A program made the translations under genes and the position numbers. The notes beneath the pieces are model-generated. The model ran no database searches, had not been told where the DNA came from, and saw only the letters and a program-made list of their open reading frames with translations. DNA of 64,000 nt. Source: Octopus sinensis. Taxonomy: Eukaryota. This document shows positions 13,066-23,027 of this stretch, in pieces; the first letter of the stretch is position 1; every line of letters begins with the position of its first letter. The stretch is taken from positions 25,978,001 through 26,042,000 of the forward strand of contig NC_043016.1 in assembly GCF_006345805.1 (NCBI RefSeq), in the 5' to 3' direction.

Positions 13066-13275
13066 CCCTTTAACATTTAAACCAGCCAAATTATTCTTCA
13101 TGTTTTATGTTCAAATTGACCAGATCCAGCCTCTCATGCCTACCCTACAATGTCATTCTAAAAATAGACAGTCACATCATTGAGACCTCAAAGCTATGAG
13201 ATATTACATGATTAATTTAAAGCAATGTGGATAAATAAGCATTACATTTGACAAAGTAATCTGAATGCTAAAGTC
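13066..13275. mobile_element. piggyBac-type MITE (TTAA|CCCTTTAGCATT family)
   Basis: TTAA-CCCTTT start; internal sequence matches the copies at 18.6, 30.7-32.0, 49.0 and 54.4 kb. Confidence 0.75.
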
Positions 13276-14057
13276 TTAAAATCCAACCTGCCTTGGTAAT
13301 CTAAATGCACACCTGGGTACTAAACCAGAAATTTTGTGCAGACATAAATATATCATATAATTGGGTGACCATACATTCTTCTGAGTTCATCTGCCTTTTG
13401 ATGGGTCTTGTTTTTCATCCTGCAGGGTACTTCAAAACCACCCTACCCACCAAGCAGGCTTGGTAGTGTTGTTGGTTTAATCACCAGCAGCCTGACCATG
13501 CAACTGGTTGTACTGAGTTGTGTGTCACCAGTAGCACTGAAAATACTGTTATATGGTCCAGACCAGTCCACATAGCTATGAATATGTATGCATTGGTCCA
13601 GTCCATTTCACTATTAACAGACTTCCATAGTTTCAGAAACAGCATCCCTTGTTGAAATGCTATGGTGTTAGTCATGGTCTTCATTGATTACCTATGGCTA
13701 AAACTATTTTGAGCCATAGACAGCAGTTTCATTGCTACAGTTGGGGATATTGTGATCATGAAGCTATCACTTCTGTGGCTTTTAGCTTGGGAGGTGCAAC
13801 ATAGGCAAGAGCAAAATCAGAATCGCTCTGATTTTCTGATCTCTACCCCTGTTGATGTACTATGTGGTTGAAGTCATTGCCTCTGTTGGTCAACAATGCA
13901 TGAACTTGAGAACATTTGTTTTCTTAATATCTTTCTCTCTTGTATTTATTCAATTAATAATTGTAGTTGCTTGATCAAGTATGATGAATGAACTGTCACA
14001 TACTTGCACTGGCTGACTCCATGTAACTATGAATATATCTGCACTAATCCTGGTATA

Positions 14058-14361
14058 GTGGAGGCACATGGCCTAGTGGTTAGAGCAGCAGACTCATGGT
14101 CAAGGGATCGCAGATTCGAATCTCAGACTTGGTGATGTGTGTGTTTATGAGCGAAAACACCTAAGCTCCACGCATCTCTGGCAGAAGGTAATGGCGAACT
14201 TCTGCTGACTCTTTTGCCACAACTTTCTCTCACTCTTTCCTCCTACATCTTGCAGCTCACCTGCAACGGACCAGCATCCCGTCCAAGTGGGGAACCTATA
14301 CACCAAGGAAACTGGGAAACTGGCCCTTATGAGCCAGGCATGGCTTGAGAAGGAACAAACA
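14058..14361 (+). mobile_element. tRNA-derived SINE (family C here)
   Basis: A-box tggcctagtggttag, B-box attcgaatc; 12-bp TSD aatcctggtata at 14046-14057 and 14362-14373. Confidence 0.9.
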
Positions 14362-14913
14362 AATCCTGGTATAACTCAATTTCTATTCCATTTCCTGATG
14401 AGTATGAAGCCTCACTGGATTGTATGATCAACTGGTAAGGAATCAAATGGCTGGTCATTTTTCTGGAGTCAGCTTTGTAAATAAGTCATGTACATCACAA
14501 AATTCCAAGAGCTTCAATTGCTCTTCATCCCTTGTGTTATTTCCATGGCCTTGTTGCAGACCAGAACAGACCATAGAGATGTTACTTAACATATCCATTG
14601 AAAATTACTACTTTTACATCTCACAACGTGAGATCATCAGCAACAGTACTTTGTAGTAAAGATTGTTTTCCATCATAACATGGCAGTCCTGGTTTAGGAT
14701 GAATGTTGCTGTAATTTAACCCCAGGAGACATGGTCTCCAGCTGGCTATATGACACATTTTGTGTCCTTATATTTTCGAACAAGGGAATCTAGCATCCCC
14801 ACTTGCGTTGTGAGATTTAAAAATAGCAATTTTTTAATTTATAGATCAGTGACTAGTTGTCACTTTGAAAACTATATATTTCGAATGGGAATTTGGCAAC
14901 ACCACCTCTAGCC

Positions 14914-14975
14914 AAACAATTATTCTGTGCTGATGAAGGGAAATAACCTGGAAAAGTAATACACAGATATTGTTT
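14914..14975 (+). ncRNA. Type-I hammerhead ribozyme motif, copy 1 (stem III decayed)
   Basis: aaacaat tat tctgtg CTGATGA aggg aaataa cctg GAAA agtaa TA cacaga t attgttt. Confidence 0.65.
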
Positions 14976-15250
14976 TGAGCTGTTTGAAAATATAAGGATA
15001 CAGATCATGTCATAGAACCAACTGGAGACGATGTCTCCTGGGGCTAAATTACAGCAACATTAATTCTAAACCAGGACTGCCATGTTATGTTGGCAAACAA
15101 TCTTTACTACAAAGTACTGTTGCTGAATACCTCACATTGTGAGATTTAAAAATCGTAATTTTCTAATTTATAGATCAGTGACTAGTTGTCACTTTGAAAA
15201 CTATATATTTCAAATGGGAATTTGGCAGCACCACCTCTAGCTGAACAATT

Positions 15251-17031
15251 TTTTTTGTTGTTTTTGAAGAACTCTAGCCTAATTTTTTGTGTGAAGCCAC
15301 TAATGTTGGGAGGTGGTGAATAACTGAGGAAAATGAGAAGTTATGCAGAAGCTACTGGAGATCAAGTTCCCCTAGACCCACATGTGCTGAAACAGATGTT
15401 ACAGTGGAATGGAGAGCTGATAAAGAAATATAGTAGTATGGTAGAGAAGGAAGGGTCAAATATAAAAATGACCCTGCCAGAGGGGGAAAAGTGAAAATGG
15501 AAAAGAAGATGGTGATATTCGGAACATTTTCGAATAAAAATAGAATTGAACACACGCTGGAAGAAATAGAAGAAATTTTGGAAGAACTTATAGGAGACAG
15601 TATAATGTTCTTTACGAGAGGAAAGTGATATGTGTCGATAGTGGTAATCTTTTTATCAGAAGAGCAGGCAGAAAAAAACCTCCAACAGGCTGATACAGGG
15701 AGAAAAATGGACTTTGATACCAAACTGTTTGGACAAAAGAGTTGTAAGAATTAGGGTGGTAAGAATCCCATCGTGGATAGACCAAGAGTGGATAATAGCC
15801 GTAATTTTTTATTCAGAGATGAGGAAGGAAAGCAAAGAAGTGAAGATGGGCATGATAAGCCAAACCCAACAAGTGAAGGGATGGGGCTACAGATTAGAGA
15901 TAATTTGTGCAGTGAACCCAAAATATTACAATGAAATACCTGAAATTTTAGGGCTACCAAATGAAGAAAAGCTAGAGATAATGTTGGAAGGAAGACCCCC
16001 AAAATGTTACGAATGTGGTGAATGAGGGCACTTGAGAAAGCAATGCCATAGAGCAGCAGTGGGAATTGTAGAGGAGAGTATTCAGGAGAATATAATGGTA
16101 GAGAGACAGCAGAAACAGATAACAGAACAAGACAGGAATTTTGAAGAGGTGAAAGCAAGAAAAAGAGAGAGGAGGAAGTTACCAACGATAGTGGAACTGA
16201 AGAAGTACAAAGAAATGGAAGACGTAAGCCAACCTATGATGAGAAATGAGGAAGATTCACCTGTAGGATTACCAGTAAAGGACTTACAAATATAGAAAGA
16301 TTCAGACCCACAGACACTCAAGCATATAGACATGCAAAAGCACAGAGGTATAGATGTACAGAAACAAGATAATTCAGAATTAAGGAAACATAAAGACATA
16401 GACACGCAGAATTACTGTCACACAAACACAATCATAAGAAGGACAAGAATTGCAGAAATACAAAGTCAAAAAAAAAACAGACATGCAAGATACAGACAGA
16501 AGCAGGATTTTTAAATGAAGTAGGACACCCTAATAGTTAAAAGAGTTTCAGAATTGAAAGAGTGAACCCACAGGCCGGAGGTGGATGTTGAACCTTGTGC
16601 CTCGTTGGAGAATTATGTGGGTGAAAGGGAGAGAATGAAGCAGTAAGTCGTGATTTAATTTAAAGAATGTGAAAGATTGAGAAAAACATTTGGTTAAACT
16701 TTTTGTTTAAAAATGAAAAAGAAAAAGAAAATAAGTAAATTCTGTAACTATATGAATGAACATTTGTTTAAAATGTTTTAAAATTGTAAGGTGAAAATGA
16801 AAAGGAAAGTCATGGTTTCACCTTGGAGTGGGGCTGGAAATTGTTACATAAAATGTAAAGTTTTAAAGGAAAAAGGAATTCACGGTTTCACCTCAGAGCA
16901 GGAGCAAGATAGCCGTCTCATTTTCATTGTAATTTAATTCATTTTACATTCATCCTTCCATGTGTTTTTTGTTCCCGCATGTTTGTGTATGTCCCCTCTG
17001 TGTTAGGCCTTGTGCCTGTAATAAAGAATAA
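15251..17031 (+). mobile_element. ORF1-only non-LTR retroelement (L1/Tx1-like gag with CCHC zinc knuckle)
   Basis: Disrupted ORF ~15350-16300 with CYECGE*GHLRKQC (CX2CX4HX4C); no RT motifs; 18-bp TSD acctctagc(tg/ca)aacaatt at 15233-15250 and 17032-17049. Confidence 0.75.
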
Positions 17032-17041
17032 ACCTCTAGCC

Positions 17042-17104
17042 AAACAATTATTCTATACTAATGAAGAGAAATAACTCAGAAATCGCGATACACAGATATT
17101 GTTT
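17042..17104 (+). ncRNA. Type-I hammerhead ribozyme motif, copy 2 (core G5A, palindromic stem III intact)
   Basis: tctata CTAATGA agag aaataa ctca GAAA TCGCGA TA cacaga t attgttt. Confidence 0.65.
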
Positions 17105-17729
17105 TGAGCTGAGTGGGGGTGTTAGATTCCCTTGTTCGAAAATATAAGGTCACAGATTGTGTCGTATAGCCAGCTGGAGACAATGTCTCCTGGGGCTAAA
17201 TTACAGCAACATTAGTCCTAAACCATGACTGCCATGTTATGTTGGCAAACAATCTTTACTACATATCCATTGAAGTCATCAACCAGAAAAAGGTTGCTAT
17301 GGTCTGTATTGCGGTTGTTTGCAAGAGGGCCTCATAGAAACGGTCTCTTGTTCTTCTGCTATTCCTTATGGTGGTACTTATGCAGAGACCTATTACTGTC
17401 AAGTTGATTATGACTAATATGGATTTAATTATTCTGTCATAAATGCCGACTACCTCAGTTTCAACATTATACTGACTCCACCAATTCCAGTGCTGTTACC
17501 CACTCTGATGAATTTGGACACATGTTCCTTGTTCATAAAGAGCCTGGATGTGTACATAGCAAACATACACTGGCTTCCTCTCTAGCATGTTTACCGTTTC
17601 AATAGATCTATCATCATGCCTTTGATGATGGTGTCAGCCCTGAAGTTTTGCATCTGAAAGGGAGTGGAGACTCCGTGGTAGTACTTATTTTGTTTGATTT
17701 CATATCTATCTATCTACCTACCTACCTAC

Positions 17730-17772
<43 letters not shown>

Positions 17773-17983
17773 CCTATCTACCTACCTACCTACCCACCTA
17801 CCTACCTACATAAATACATACATACCTACTAACCTACCTACCTATCTCTCTATATTTTCTCCCACCCTCCCTCCCCTCTTTAACTTTTTCCTTCTTTCTT
17901 TCTTCCTTTCTTTCTTTCTTTCTTTCTGCTATTTGTATGCATGTGTATGTGTAATACTTGTGTATTTATATACATACTTAAAT

Positions 17984-18580
17984 ACTGGGTGCAGATGTAG
18001 AATTGGTGCAACCGACAGAGTTCAGGAAAAAAAAAATCTTTGTCTTTTATGATTTTATTGAAAATTCACGATACATCAAGATACCGGACTTGCATACTAC
18101 ATAATTATTCAAAATAATCCCGCCAGCTTTTATAATCTCCACAGAATCAAGAACAGGCATGTTTCACTGTTGCTGCTGACAAATCTTGGAATGCCTGGCA
18201 GATGTGCTGCTTTAGCTCATTCTTAGTGTTGCAGGCAGTCTTGTTGGTAACTCTCTCAACTGCACCCAAGAAAAAAAAAAAAAAATCCAGGCGATTCCAG
18301 CCTGGAAAGTTAGGAAGTGACATGTTTAGGTTGACGTGGTCATAAAAGTTTTTGTGGGAGCCATTTTTGAGTCTTCTATGGCTGTGTGTGCAGTTTTTTC
18401 ATCACAGCCCAGTTACCTGGTAATCTCACATATCCCAATGGAGGTATGTGTGTGTGGTGGTGGTGGTGGACTTCTTGAATAAACTCAACTTTCTGAATGA
18501 AATCAGCATCTCTCACCTTTTGTTTACTTTGTTTATGTTGTTTTCCTAGCAGCCACTGTGTCAACATCAAAGTTACTATC
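17984..18580 (-). mobile_element. Decayed maT-like Tc1/mariner transposase 3' end
   Basis: NFYDHVNLNMSLPNFPGWNRLDFF..GAVERVTNKTACNTKNELKQHICQAF...AGG-DYFE*; related to the 3.9-4.6 kb relic. Confidence 0.7.
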
Positions 18581-18586
18581 CTTTAA

Positions 18587-18807
18587 CCCTTTAGTGTTCA
18601 CATTATTCTGCGAAAATTAATGTTTATTCATCCACATTGTTTTGAACTAATCATGCATTATATTGTAGCTATGAGATTTTGATGAGGTAGCTGTTAATTT
18701 TTAAAACGATATTGTAGGGTTGGTGTGAGAGACCAGATCTGGCCAGTTTGAACATAAAACAGGCAGAATACCTTTGGCCGGATATGGCCAGTTTAAATGC
18801 TAAAGGG
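18587..18807. mobile_element. piggyBac-type MITE, family 1
   Basis: TTAA|CCCTTTAG...CTAAAGGG|TTAA, 221 bp. Confidence 0.9.
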
Positions 18808-18853
18808 TTAACTCCTTCCTCAGTCTCTGGACTGTGCACAGTCAGAGCCTTAA

Positions 18854-19073
18854 CCCTTTCGTTACTGTATTTCTGTTGAGATGCTCTGTGCTTCTTTCAA
18901 GTACTTTAAATATATCAAAGAATTTAGTAAAATAACTTAGTTTTCATTAAGCTAGTGTTAGGAAAATAAATTGAGACTAAGGTTTGGTGGAAGATTTTAA
19001 TTCAAAACTTATGAAAACAAGACATTTGTACTCAGAGCCAGAGCCGGTTTCAGCCGGGTTGGTAACGAAAGGG
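18854..19073. mobile_element. piggyBac-type MITE, family 2
   Basis: Perfect 12-bp TIR CCCTTTCGTTAC/GTAACGAAAGGG with TTAA on both sides, 220 bp. Confidence 0.92.
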
Positions 19074-19422
19074 TTAAGTTGTCAACAACTGCTTTGTTAT
19101 TCATGCTGACACAGACTGTATACACCACCACCTTCCTTTTCCATTCCTCAGACCTCTTGTATTCTTTTAATCTGTCTGGGTTTGCCATTTTTTTTTTAAG
19201 CAATGTACAATCTGAAGGGTAAGCAATATTAGTTTACATAATAGTTTTTAAAATAGTATTTTATTTCTTATCTAAACAGAAGCACCAATTTAAAATCTGC
19301 ACCCTGTATATACGTATCTCTCTATCTCTCCCTCTCCCTCTCTCATATATATATATAAGTTTTGAGGACCCAAAATAGGAAGTATTCTGGTTTTCAGATA
19401 TTAGGAGATAATAGTTTACTCA

Positions 19423-19610
19423 AGGTGGCACGTAAAAAACACCCCCTACACTCGCAGAGTGGTTGGCGTTAGGAAGGGCATCCAGCCGTAGAAACACTGC
19501 CAGATCTGACTGGGCCTGACGAAGCCTTCCAGCTTCACAGACCCCAGTTGACCCGTCCAACCCATGCTAGCATGGAAAGCAGACGCTAAATGATGATGAT
19601 GATGATGATG
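19423..19610 (+). mobile_element. RTE LINE 3'-terminal fragment
   Basis: ggtggcacgtaaaa...gttaggaagggcatccagc...catgctagcatgg...(GAT)n. Confidence 0.9.
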
Positions 19611-19672
19611 ATATATATATATATATATATAATATAAATATATACATATATATTTATATATACATGCACATA

Positions 19673-20515
19673 TTGGTACAGGACATCAATAAAAAGAAAA
19701 CAACGAAAGAAACAAACAGAGAAACGGAACAGGCAACATAAAGACCATTCCCTTCATCAGTTGTCCCCTGTTTTATCTACTCTGTCTTTCAAAGGTAGGG
19801 ACAAGATGTGACTTTGTTAAAACAGTCCTTCCCACAAATCAAATTGAATAAAATTTGGGATTTTTTGCGGAAGGTGAATTTGGTAACAAAAACTGGACAA
19901 TGAGAACAAAACAGTAAAAACAAATGGTGAGGGCTGTTAAGCCAAGACGATGTGAAGTGGTGAATGCTGGAAAAATGAGCTTTGAGAAGAGACAGGTAAA
20001 AGCACTTCTTGTCTTTAGGAAGGAAGTGGAAGAAAGGAAGATGGATGGGTGTAGGTCATGTCTGAGCAACGAGAGTCAAGGAGGAAAAGTGAGAGAGAGA
20101 GAGGGAACAGTGAAGGGGAGAGGAGAAGAATAGGGAAAAGGTGGGAGAGAAAAACAGAAAGGAAGAAGAACAAGAGAGGAAAATTGATAGAAAGAATAAT
20201 AGAGACAGAATAAGAGTGCGCATCATAATTATTAAAATAAAACTTACTTGGAAAAGGATGTGTGGTATTCGATCATATAATAATATAAATATATATATAT
20301 ATGCATATATACATACATATATGTTCACACCTACATATATATATATATACATGCACATATGGGTACAGGACATCAAAAAATGTAGACAAAATGAGAAACG
20401 AGAACATAGAATACAAAAACACAGAAAACAAACTTTTTTTCGAACAACGAAAGAAGCAAACAGAGAAACGAGACAGGCAACATAAAGAACAATCCCTTCA
20501 TCAGTTGTCCCCTGA
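19673..20515 (-). mobile_element. Putative Penelope-like pLTR direct repeats
   Basis: 19673-19790 and 20362-20515 are diverged direct repeats, each ending in ggggacaaCTGATGAaggga on the minus strand. Confidence 0.45.
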
Positions 20516-20689
20516 CTAAGAAACAGAAGCTATTGCATTCTCACAGCTGTAGATAGACTCCGTGTTTTCTACTTGGACTTCCCGTAGTCCTAGCCTTACT
20601 TGTCTGGTTAGCTGGACTTATTTGCAGCACTGGGAAACAATGCACCCAGAAACTAATGACAGTGTTGTACCCGATTCCTGCAAATCTAG

Positions 20690-20960
20690 TCACTTCTTTT
20701 TCATCACAGACCATTCCACTGCTATTCATTTTCTCGCGGATATTGGTGCAGGGACTGGTACCCTAACATCTGCTGTGGTGTCAGATAATAAAAGACTTAC
20801 ACCAAATACTTTATAAGCTGTAAACCATTCTCAGGTTTCCACTTTTGACGAGAAGACTGTTACACTTAATTTCAGTCTTTGAATAGTTTTTAAAATGAGT
20901 TTTTGTCATGTCTAAATTGCCAACTTCAGTTCTTATTTTTTACATCATTTTAGCTCTTTT
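20690..20960 (+). mobile_element. Gypsy LTR-retrotransposon aspartic protease relic
   Basis: FFITDHSTAIHFLADIGAG...L*AVNHSQVSTFDEKTVTLNFSL resembles the gypsy FLVDTGA...ANGS.I.TYG...LTL.LGL pattern. Confidence 0.6.
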
Positions 20961-22379
20961 TGTGGATCAATAGGCCAGATTCTACCATAGATTTATTGTG
21001 CATGATGTCATAACTCGAGCAATTTCTGTCTCCTTCAAGAAGGTGTGGTGCTATCCTTTGCAATTATACTTGCATTGCTAGTTCTGTATTTAAAAATTAA
21101 GCTGCAGTAAACTTTACTACCAACTATGTCATCACTGATAGACCACCATTTTTTTTTTTCAAACAACAACAATTTGCCTCTGAATGAATTATGATCACTT
21201 AGGCAAAGTCCAACCATAAGCTTGAATTGGGAATTTTTCATCCTTTTGATAACAATTGGTCATCACCCCTTCATATATATCCCCACCACCTCAAGCACTG
21301 TTGGTGATTGGCTAGTATCAGAATGTTTAATACCCATATTAAATTGTTAAGTATCCTATGGCCCATTTTTCAAAGCTTCTTTTTCTCTCTTCATGGCACT
21401 AAAATATTCTCTAAAGTGATCCAGACTATACCTGCAACTAGATACCTACTGAGCCAAATTACATTTCTATGGCTGCATACCCTTCCTAATGCCAACCATT
21501 TTACAGAGTGTTCTAAGAGCTTTTTAGTGGCAGCAACACTAGTCAGATCAACAAGTAACTTGCAAGACAAGATCCCTTGACGGAGTGTGTGGTGGTGGTG
21601 GCGGTGGTGGCGGTGGGGCATATAGTACTGAGAGAGGTGGTTTTTATGCCAGGTATTGAGAATCTATACATTTATATAAACGTAACATAATAATTCTATA
21701 CACTTACGTCTGTAATCCAAAACATTACAGATAATCCTGGAGCAATTGATGTTCCTTTTGAACAGTTGCAAATCACTGGTTGCATAATTGAAATTCCAAG
21801 GAGTTGAAGTTCAGAAAGGGACAAGAGAAGATGAGATGAATGAGTTGGAAATGCTTGAGTGGAGGTGACAAGAGACCAACTACTTTTGATGTGGAAATAC
21901 TACCGTAGAAAGCAAAGAATGGAGACAACATGACGCTACAGGTTAGTTAGATAGAAAAACGATGGAGTGGTCACGGTTGATATTACTTTGATCATAGGTG
22001 ATATCGTACAATGCTGACCTGGGAGTTGGGTGATAAACAACAACGACAATAGTTATTATTGAGTTGATAGTTAAAATCTGTCATAAAAACCCATTTATGG
22101 ATCCGCAAGTTGCCAAACTTTTGCAGACGACTAAAGTGAAGAATGCTTGCGATTGCTGTAAATCGAGCGGAACAAAATACCTTATGGTATTTAGTCACAC
22201 TTTTTTCGTTCTGAGTTCAAATCCTGCCGAATTCAGCTTCATCGTTCATCTCCCAGGACGGTAGTTAGGAGTTCGATAAGATAAAGTGCCAGTCAAGTAC
22301 TGGGGCTGATTTATTTTCTAAGGTATTCTAAACGTGAATGACAAGACGTTGTCACAGTTATAATTATTTTAAAATACAT

Positions 22380-22630
22380 TTGATGTTATTTATTTAGATA
22401 AATAAACCGAGACACAATAAAATATATCGGGTGCTACGTACTGTAGCGAAGAAGGAGAAAGTGCTTATTCTTTTTATTTATTTATTTATTTTTTTTGTTA
22501 ATCTGTAAATTCACTTTAGGAAGTCATTGCCTTGTAAAGTTGGCGTGAAGAGTTATCGTTCGTAAAAGTTAATTAACCACTCAGTGTCTGTCTGCCTGTC
22601 TGGCGGCTGTCTGAAGAATTCTGCTACACC
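22380..22630 (+). promoter_or_regulatory. Probable ILK promoter and 5' UTR
   Basis: Non-repetitive, relatively CpG-retaining segment directly upstream of the ILK ATG. The TSS cannot be located from sequence. Confidence 0.45.
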
Positions 22631-22719
22631 ATGGACGATATTTTCACTTTGGTCAAAGAAGGTAATTCGATCCAAGTTCGAATTTGGCTTGATAACACAG
22701 CTAACGATCTAAATCAAGG
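22631..22719 (+). CDS. ILK: Integrin-linked kinase, coding exon 1
   Basis: [29 protein letters not shown](G) matches the ILK N-terminus (human [30 protein letters not shown]). ATG in cacc-ATG-g context; donor GG|GTAAGA. Too short for the ORF track. Confidence 0.95.
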
Positions 22720-22992
22720 GTAAGAGATACTATATCTTCCTATGTATATTGTTCTTTGATTTCTGAGTATTGTTATTATATACGAATGTGTGTGTATGTG
22801 TATATATACACGAATGTGTGTATGTATATATATATAGGCATATGTATGTATGATTGCGTATTCATGTTTGCTTATATAAATATATATATATATTTGTGTA
22901 TATTTATCTAAGTATACATATCTACGTATGTTTTTCTTTTTCGACGATATACTACAATACATATTAAATGGAAATATTTTAAAATTATATAT

Positions 22993-23027
<35 letters not shown>

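Larger units (their letters stand above)
14603..17260 (+). mobile_element. Hammerhead-containing ~350-bp tandem repeat (retrozyme/Penelope pLTR-like): one inverted partial unit plus two direct units
   Basis: Unit period 14904 to 15233; inverted partial unit ~14603-14805; 14-bp flanking direct repeat acatatccattgaa at 14589-14602 and 17261-17274. Confidence 0.8.
14374..17600 (-). mobile_element. Old LINE AP-endonuclease relic (14374-14602 plus 17261-17600), split by later insertions
   Basis: Rejoined minus-strand translation FYEALLQTT..FFLVDDFNGYV...GHGNNTRDEEQLKLLEFCDVHDL resembles RTE-type APE motifs (GDFNGHVG, RLLEFC). Confidence 0.55.

Noticed and set aside
13350-14045. piggyBac transposase or second endonuclease relic
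   Set aside because: Different frames give weak hints of each (AYVAPP versus IAFQQG..KLWK); too decayed to call.
14058-14140. tRNA gene
   Set aside because: A and B boxes are present but run into a SINE body with a TSD and there is no complete cloverleaf. The same applies at 30970, 43594 and 44400.
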